From a virus: a DNA stretch of 64,000 bases. The DNA is taken from the IMG/VR virus record IMGVR_UViG_3300034375_003182, positions 1 to 64,000 of that record; one strand, 5' to 3'. Below the pieces are notes generated by a model that worked only from the letters and a program-made list of their open reading frames with translations, was not told the DNA's origin and did not search any database. The position numbers and the translations under genes are program-made. Of the stretch, positions 58,171 to 64,000 are shown piece after piece (position 1 is the stretch's first letter; each line of letters starts with the position of its first letter).

Positions 58171-59205
58171 TTAAAATATTCTATAATTTACACCAAATTT
58201 AAAGTCGTACCATTCTCTATTCCAGTACTTGTTATATTTACCTTCAATGAAACAACCTACATTTCTATTTAAGTTGTAACCAAAGATTAATCCTCCTGAG
58301 TAGTCATACCATTGTTCTCCATCATTAAAGTTGTGGTACGAATATTCGCCACTACCATCATAGTGATATGGCATTAGGTTACCCCAAGAGTGTAACCAAA
58401 AATCTTTTTTGTAGTGGTAAAAATCAAACCCTACTACTAACGAATGTTGCCACTGATTAGGTAGCTCATTCTTTTTCTTTTCTACATAGTTACTAAGTAC
58501 TTCAGGAATTACCACCTGATTCCAAACAGTTGCATTTTCTGCTACTAAATTACCATCCGGATCTCTATACTCAGATTCGTATACATCTACGCTATATCCT
58601 TCTTCAATAGCTAAGCAGGTGTAATGTAGTTGTCCTGAAGCTATTAACCACTCTTCTAGTGGATCATAACCATAAGGCTCTGCAAGTCTTTGAACTGTAC
58701 CTAGATTAAATGATAACTTTTTGTTACCAAGTAGTCGTAATCTTTGTGTACTTTCAAAATACTCAATGTCTGCAAAACCTTCTTTAATATATGCAACTTT
58801 TGCCATCCATACTGGCTTTACATATCTTATAAAATGTTGCTGGTCTAAATACTCTATACCTTCTTGTCTTCTGTAGTCTACTTCAAATAGATACTCGAAT
58901 GGAGATAAGCCAATAGTAGCAGCATCACCGTAAGCAGCTTCTGTACCATCTTTAAATGTTCTTCTATCTTCATATCCAAACCTCTTGATTTTACGTATGC
59001 CCATTGTAAGAGAATAGTCATAAGGGGTTAGAACTGTATCTACCCCTAAGTAACTATTATCTACTGAATATATATTTTCATCAGCCAAAGATGTGCCACC
59101 ATTTACTGCTACATAAAATGTAGAAAACTTAAATGGTTTCTTAAACTGTGCATTTACTGCAGTTGTAAGAAATGCTAAAAATAAAAATATAACTACTCTT
59201 GTCAT
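58171..59205 (-). CDS. putative outer-membrane beta-barrel protein
   Basis: ATG 59205 (TAATG overlap); signal peptide AVNA|Q; aromatic amphipathic strands; C-terminal FKFGVNYRIF beta-signal. Confidence 0.7.
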   Translation of the reverse strand: MTRVVIFLFLAFLTTAVNAQFKKPFKFSTFYVAVNGGTSLADENIYSVDNSYLGVDTVLTPYDYSLTMGIRKIKRFGYEDRRTFKDGTEAAYGDAATIGLSPFEYLFEVDYRRQEGIEYLDQQHFIRYVKPVWMAKVAYIKEGFADIEYFESTQRLRLLGNKKLSFNLGTVQRLAEPYGYDPLEEWLIASGQLHYTCLAIEEGYSVDVYESEYRDPDGNLVAENATVWNQVVIPEVLSNYVEKKKNELPNQWQHSLVVGFDFYHYKKDFWLHSWGNLMPYHYDGSGEYSYHNFNDGEQWYDYSGGLIFGYNLNRNVGCFIEGKYNKYWNREWYDFKFGVNYRIF

Positions 59206-59567
59206 TATGCTTTTTTCCAGTATGCGTATTCTAAAATACAACTAGCTGTATCAGCTCTTGCTTCTAAACCAGCCCCGTCATTTATAGGGAAAAATGCAAA
59301 CTCACCAGGATTCAATCTAGCGTACTGTACACTTGCTGTAGTTTGAAGTATAACAAAGTTAGTTGAGTCAGTGTTTTTAGCATAGAAGTAAAACACTCCA
59401 CTAGTTCCTTCGTCCACTAACTCCTGGTCATCAGCTGTTGTTATAGTCTGTCTTGATATAGCTACTATAGGCTCTCCGACTACTACTGTTTTTGAAACGC
59501 TAAGATTTAATGCATCGCTTGTAGCGTTGTTACTTGTTAATGTTAATTTTGCTGTTAATGTTGCCAT
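59205..59567 (-). CDS. hypothetical beta-sandwich structural protein
   Basis: 120 aa; KNTD...LNPGEFAFFP. Confidence 0.7.
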   Translation of the reverse strand: MATLTAKLTLTSNNATSDALNLSVSKTVVVGEPIVAISRQTITTADDQELVDEGTSGVFYFYAKNTDSTNFVILQTTASVQYARLNPGEFAFFPINDGAGLEARADTASCILEYAYWKKA

Positions 59568-59968
59568 TATTCAATAATTTTATCAATGTTAATAATTTGT
59601 TCTCCAGTAATATCTGCCGGTAAACAGTCCTCTGGTATAGCATGCAGCTCAATTTCAGTTTCTTCTAATAGTAGTTTATCTACTTCAGCCAACTGTTCTT
59701 TTCTTGCATCCACAAGTTCTTTATTCTCTTCTTCTAACTTAGCTATTGCTTCATCATCTTTCTGATTCATAAGAACCTGCATTTTTTGTGATAGTCCTAA
59801 AAACTCTTCACTAGGCTTGCTAGCTTCTTCGATGTCCTTAAGTTCTTCTTGTATTACTCTAATATTCTTAGATACTAATAATCCAAACTTAACTCCTTTC
59901 AAGGAATTCACTGCACTTAGTCCGTTAAATAATTCAACAAACTCACCATTTTTCATTTTTACTTTCAT
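59567..59968 (-). CDS. hypothetical protein (possible tail-fibre chaperone)
   Basis: 133-aa helical ORF directly after a fibre gene; function inferred. Confidence 0.6.
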   Translation of the reverse strand: MKVKMKNGEFVELFNGLSAVNSLKGVKFGLLVSKNIRVIQEELKDIEEASKPSEEFLGLSQKMQVLMNQKDDEAIAKLEEENKELVDARKEQLAEVDKLLLEETEIELHAIPEDCLPADITGEQIINIDKIIE

Positions 59969-59993
59969 TGTCTATATAATTAATTGGTTAATG

Positions 59994-61520
59994 TTATCCG
60001 ATTCTGTACATAGTTACTGCACTAGCACCGGTTCTTCTTATTCTAAATCTTCCTACACCAATAGATACTGCATCATCTGTTGCATCCTGTGCGTGTATTA
60101 CCATATTACCTACAAGTGTTACACCTGTTCCTCCTGTAAGCGTTACGTTATCTTGTCCGTCAGTTGTTAAATTAATAAAACTAAAATCAAAACTATCATT
60201 ATCTGCTGTTAAATCCAAACCTGATACTAAATTAGATGCAGTATCTGTAGCTTTAGATCTATCAGCTGTAGGTGTACACTGCACAATACCTGTTAGTATA
60301 TTAGCAGCTGATACTGCTGTAGTACCATCATCTGTAGTAGCTGGCGCACCTTGATATTGTATAAATGCTGCTGTACTAGATGCTCTTGCATAAATAGGTT
60401 TAGCAGATACAAATAACTTACCTGCATTTACTGCAACATCTTGTGAACTGTCTACAGTTATTGCTGTAGTTGCTGTTCCTCCAGTTGTATAAGTTCTTAC
60501 TCGTACACTACCAGGCGTTCCTGACGCAGCATCTCCTGCAACTATATCTACATTTCCTCCAGCTCCACTGCCTGTAGCTGTTCCTGCATATAATCCAAGA
60601 AGACCACCAGCCATATTTCCACCACCTGCAGTACCTGCGTAAATGTGTAATTTAGCTCCTGCAGTTCCTGATGATGATGTTGTAGTTGTAATATCATAAT
60701 TAGCTTGATATGCACCAGAGTTACCTATCTTAATTGCTGTAGTAGTTGTACCTTGTATGTTTAACTGCCCTGTAGCATCTCCTGTTGTTAGTGTAGATCC
60801 TGAGTCGTTAAGTATTACTTTACCATTAGTATGTACATATAAACCTCTATCAGATCCATCATCACTAATATAGTTAGTATTTAAGTCAATGTTATAACTA
60901 CCTGTATCTAGATTAGCTGCTAGACTTGATAAGTTAGCATCAAGAGTAATTGTACCTGCTCCATTAACAATAGTTAGATTACTAGATCCGGCTGCAAGTG
61001 TTGCTACTGATGGATAACCATTAGTTGCATTACCTATTAGCAGTTGTCCATCTGTAGACATTGCCGATGTAGCTGAAATAGCATCATCTGCGCTAGCATA
61101 TAATATTGCCCCTTTAACTATAGTGGATAATCCTGTGCCTCCATTTGTAACCGCACATGTACCAGTAACTGTACCTGAAAAATCTACACCAGTCAAAAAG
61201 CCTGATGTTGCATTGTTACATAAGCTAAGGTCTATACCTGCTTCTAATACCGTTAATACTATATTGCTTGAAGTAGTTGCTACTGTTAACAAACCTGTAT
61301 CTCCAGAAGCAATACCCTTAAATACTATCTGGTTTTTATTTGTTAATGTTGCACTAGTATATAATGTTTCTGAACTTGTACCTGCTGTAGACACTGCCGG
61401 AAACAATGTTTGTAGTTGTAACTTTTTAGCAGCTTTTGTGCTAGAGTTGGCTACTAATAAAAATTCATTAGCATCTACGCTAGTTTTTGCAAGGGTACTT
61501 AGTGATGTTATTTCTGCCAT
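59994..61520 (-). CDS. tail fibre / spike protein
   Basis: T/G/S/A-rich; VTNGGTG, DGQLLIG, GG.(L/V).(I/L).AG repeats. Confidence 0.8.
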   Translation of the reverse strand: MAEITSLSTLAKTSVDANEFLLVANSSTKAAKKLQLQTLFPAVSTAGTSSETLYTSATLTNKNQIVFKGIASGDTGLLTVATTSSNIVLTVLEAGIDLSLCNNATSGFLTGVDFSGTVTGTCAVTNGGTGLSTIVKGAILYASADDAISATSAMSTDGQLLIGNATNGYPSVATLAAGSSNLTIVNGAGTITLDANLSSLAANLDTGSYNIDLNTNYISDDGSDRGLYVHTNGKVILNDSGSTLTTGDATGQLNIQGTTTTAIKIGNSGAYQANYDITTTTSSSGTAGAKLHIYAGTAGGGNMAGGLLGLYAGTATGSGAGGNVDIVAGDAASGTPGSVRVRTYTTGGTATTAITVDSSQDVAVNAGKLFVSAKPIYARASSTAAFIQYQGAPATTDDGTTAVSAANILTGIVQCTPTADRSKATDTASNLVSGLDLTADNDSFDFSFINLTTDGQDNVTLTGGTGVTLVGNMVIHAQDATDDAVSIGVGRFRIRRTGASAVTMYRIG

Positions 61521-61545
61521 TTTATTTTATTTTATTATTGTTATG

Positions 61546-63999
61546 TTAGCTTAAACCTGCAAAATCGTCTTCACCTGCAATTTCATCGCTATCGTCTGTT
61601 GATCCTAAAGGACCAGTTAAATCTGATTGATCTGCTACATCATCAAACGTAGCTCCATTTACTGTCACACTAGTTCCTCCAACATTAAATCCACTTGTAA
61701 CATTAGAGCTTTTTGAACTTGTTCGTCTATAAGCTGGTATACCACAATCTTTACAATACTCTTTTGCAAAACTAAGAAAATTTTGTAAATAATCTTGCGT
61801 CTCATCTAGTATCTGATAAGTTATACACTTTTTCCAACCGCTTTCAGGATCGTTAGCAAATGGATCTACATCCAAACCTGTATTAGATATTGCTACATAA
61901 TAAGGAGCTGGTAAATTATTTGGGTTTGGTGTATAAGGTCTTCTTACATATGACCCTATAGTAAATGCACTTGCATTTGAAGGACTCCAGAACTGACTGC
62001 CTGAACTAATCCAGTTATCTTTACAAGATGTTTCTGCAAATTCTAAACTAGGAGTTGAAGGATCTGTACAGTTGTATATACAAGGCAATCCTTGTCTAGA
62101 CATTAGGTCTTGTATAATAATCATTTTCCATGTTTCCATGTTAGAACAATCACTGCCTAGACCAGTTATATGTTTAGTGTAAAATCTATTGCCAGCTCGT
62201 GCAATACATTCAGCATTATAATCTAATAATCTCTTAATACCTTTTGGAACGCATCCTGGCATAGTTGTGGTTACTCCATCGCAATCTTCTATACATCCAT
62301 TATACTCATATTCACAAGGGCATGTGCCATCTTGATAATTAGCGTTTGGATTATAATTCAAAGCATTTGGGTCCATGCAACCGCAGCTTGGATTATCTGG
62401 ACAGCAGCTAGGATCATAAGTAAGTACTCCTGCTATATCTGAACATAAACATCCACTTGGCGGTGGATCATTTACATACTCACAACATCCATCATCTACA
62501 TTTGCATTTGGAACAGAAACTCCTGCACAATTTACAAGATAGTTTGTAGCAGTTGGATCTAAACAGCCGTGAATATTAGTAGTACCAGCATTGTCATCAC
62601 AGTCTTCTAACACTACATTACCTGTACCAGATAATTGTGCGCATTGTCCTAGAATACTATTTGCTGTTGTAACAGGAAGATCTATCTCTCCATTAGAATT
62701 TAGAAATGCACTGTCATATAATGAAACAGATATAATATATGCACCACTAGGCACATTATTTAAAACTATTTGAGTGTTTGCTGTAAGTATATCATATGGA
62801 GCATTTCCTCCATAACTTGGTATAGATGCATTATTAACCTGTCCTGTAAACCAACTTCCGTATGCAAATTGACCAGCATTATGCTGTACTAACCATATAT
62901 ATCCTACCCCATTTGGATTTGTAATATTTGATAGTAAAGATGTTGCATCAGGAAGATTAAAAGTTAAACTACCTGTAGAATCATCATCACATAATCCTGT
63001 ATCACTATTATATGTTGAAGTAGATCCTCCACTACTAAATGTTATATTGCCTGTACTTTGATACTCTTCTAGCAAACAGCAATCAGATTCATTTGCTGCG
63101 GCAAGTAAACACTCAGCCTCTGTAACATATCCATTAGGTTCATCTAGATCAAAATCACAAACGTTGCATATTTTAACAACCCAAGAACCTGCATTTCCAT
63201 ACTCGCAAGATCCATCGTCAATTGTAGCTGCTGCATTATAGTTGTTAGCAGTTACATCAGTACATCCTAATATATCATTCGGCTCTGGGTAGTCACAAGT
63301 CCCATCGTCTGTTGTTGCAGCTGGGTTATAATTGCTAGCTTGTGGATCTGTACATCCTGGAGTTTCAGGCTCTTCTGTAAGACAGCAAGCATCCATTGAA
63401 GCTTGTTGGGCTGGAGTAAAAGGAATAAATTCAGTAACATTCTCACTGTAAACATTTAATTCTCCGTAGTTGTATGAAACTTGAACTCCTTGAGGAACCC
63501 CATAACTAGCTATTGCATCACAAATCCATTGACTATAAATACTAATATTAGGGCTTATCATAAACTCTCTAAGAGTATCATCTCCTGAACTAATCAGAGT
63601 GCCATCTCCCATTACAACAGCATGTTCTATTACAAAACCATGTGTAAAGTTTTGTCCGTATCCTGGAATAACGCCTCCCATCGGGTCGCCCGATGTATCA
63701 AAATCTCCCTGAGCGCCAGAAGGAAGCCCCATATCTCCATTTGTATATGCTCCATCATTTTCATTGGGATTAAATATACCATAGCATAGCACATTAAACC
63801 AAACAAATTTTGCAGCTACTTGTCGACCGGCTATATCAAGACTAGTAGGTGAAGTTGACGACCCTCCATTAATAAACTGCCCATTATAATATCCTCCAGC
63901 AACATTAAATCCATTAACTCCTGCGTCAAATACAGCAGGATTCGTAGCAAAGAAATTTGTAAATTTTATATCTACAATTCCGTATTGTGGATTACAACT
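61546..63999 (-). CDS. Cys-repeat (GCTD) structural protein, 5'-truncated by the window edge
   Basis: Frame stays open from the listed start 63792 to 63999; four GC(T/L/M)D..A.NY repeats. Confidence 0.8.
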   Translation of the reverse strand, partial: SCNPQYGIVDIKFTNFFATNPAVFDAGVNGFNVAGGYYNGQFINGGSSTSPTSLDIAGRQVAAKFVWFNVLCYGIFNPNENDGAYTNGDMGLPSGAQGDFDTSGDPMGGVIPGYGQNFTHGFVIEHAVVMGDGTLISSGDDTLREFMISPNISIYSQWICDAIASYGVPQGVQVSYNYGELNVYSENVTEFIPFTPAQQASMDACCLTEEPETPGCTDPQASNYNPAATTDDGTCDYPEPNDILGCTDVTANNYNAAATIDDGSCEYGNAGSWVVKICNVCDFDLDEPNGYVTEAECLLAAANESDCCLLEEYQSTGNITFSSGGSTSTYNSDTGLCDDDSTGSLTFNLPDATSLLSNITNPNGVGYIWLVQHNAGQFAYGSWFTGQVNNASIPSYGGNAPYDILTANTQIVLNNVPSGAYIISVSLYDSAFLNSNGEIDLPVTTANSILGQCAQLSGTGNVVLEDCDDNAGTTNIHGCLDPTATNYLVNCAGVSVPNANVDDGCCEYVNDPPPSGCLCSDIAGVLTYDPSCCPDNPSCGCMDPNALNYNPNANYQDGTCPCEYEYNGCIEDCDGVTTTMPGCVPKGIKRLLDYNAECIARAGNRFYTKHITGLGSDCSNMETWKMIIIQDLMSRQGLPCIYNCTDPSTPSLEFAETSCKDNWISSGSQFWSPSNASAFTIGSYVRRPYTPNPNNLPAPYYVAISNTGLDVDPFANDPESGWKKCITYQILDETQDYLQNFLSFAKEYCKDCGIPAYRRTSSKSSNVTSGFNVGGTSVTVNGATFDDVADQSDLTGPLGSTDDSDEIAGEDDFAGLS

Positions 64000-64000
64000 C

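Noticed and set aside
1-64000. Stop-codon reassignment (TAG or TGA), known in some crAss-like phages
   Set aside because: Very long ORFs are intact under the standard code, and TAG and TGA end genes at tight junctions (e.g. 42621, 49707, 5910)

Overview
This window is most of the genome of a crAss-like (Crassvirales-type) dsDNA phage using the standard genetic code. The host is probably an aquatic Bacteroidota/Flavobacteriia bacterium: there is a TAnnTTTG promoter, signal peptides follow the Q-rule, and one gene carries a T9SS C-terminal domain. Positions ~1-3.6 kb (+) are an early region of small ORFs interleaved with structured RNAs. Positions 3.6-19.5 kb (+) are the replication module: PolA, DnaA-CTD-like protein, SF2 helicase, DnaB, Sak4-like ATPase, primase, PD-(D/E)XK nuclease, rIIA/rIIB, 5'-3' exonuclease, UNG and DUF1599. 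Positions 19.5-64 kb (-) are the convergent virion module: ejected cargo proteins including a 4425-aa two-barrel virion RNA polymerase, muzzle and ring proteins, small basic proteins, holin, DUF5675, tail fibres and an envelope-protein cassette. No capsid, portal or terminase gene was recognised; they probably lie outside the window. The main finding is two complete type I hammerhead ribozymes (586-632 and 911-960) in the same orientation. Together they would excise a 328-nt non-coding RNA (627-954) containing a small pseudoknot, a four-way-junction/kissing-loop RNA and a GGA-rich element. The two stem I sequences differ exactly at the two core-proximal pairs, so a circularised product would carry a disabled hybrid ribozyme. 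This is a candidate phage system for making a stable, possibly circular, ncRNA, and it sits within a cluster of further structured RNAs at 0.4-1.9 kb. All protein and RNA calls come from reading motifs and base pairing by eye; no searches or folding programs were run.
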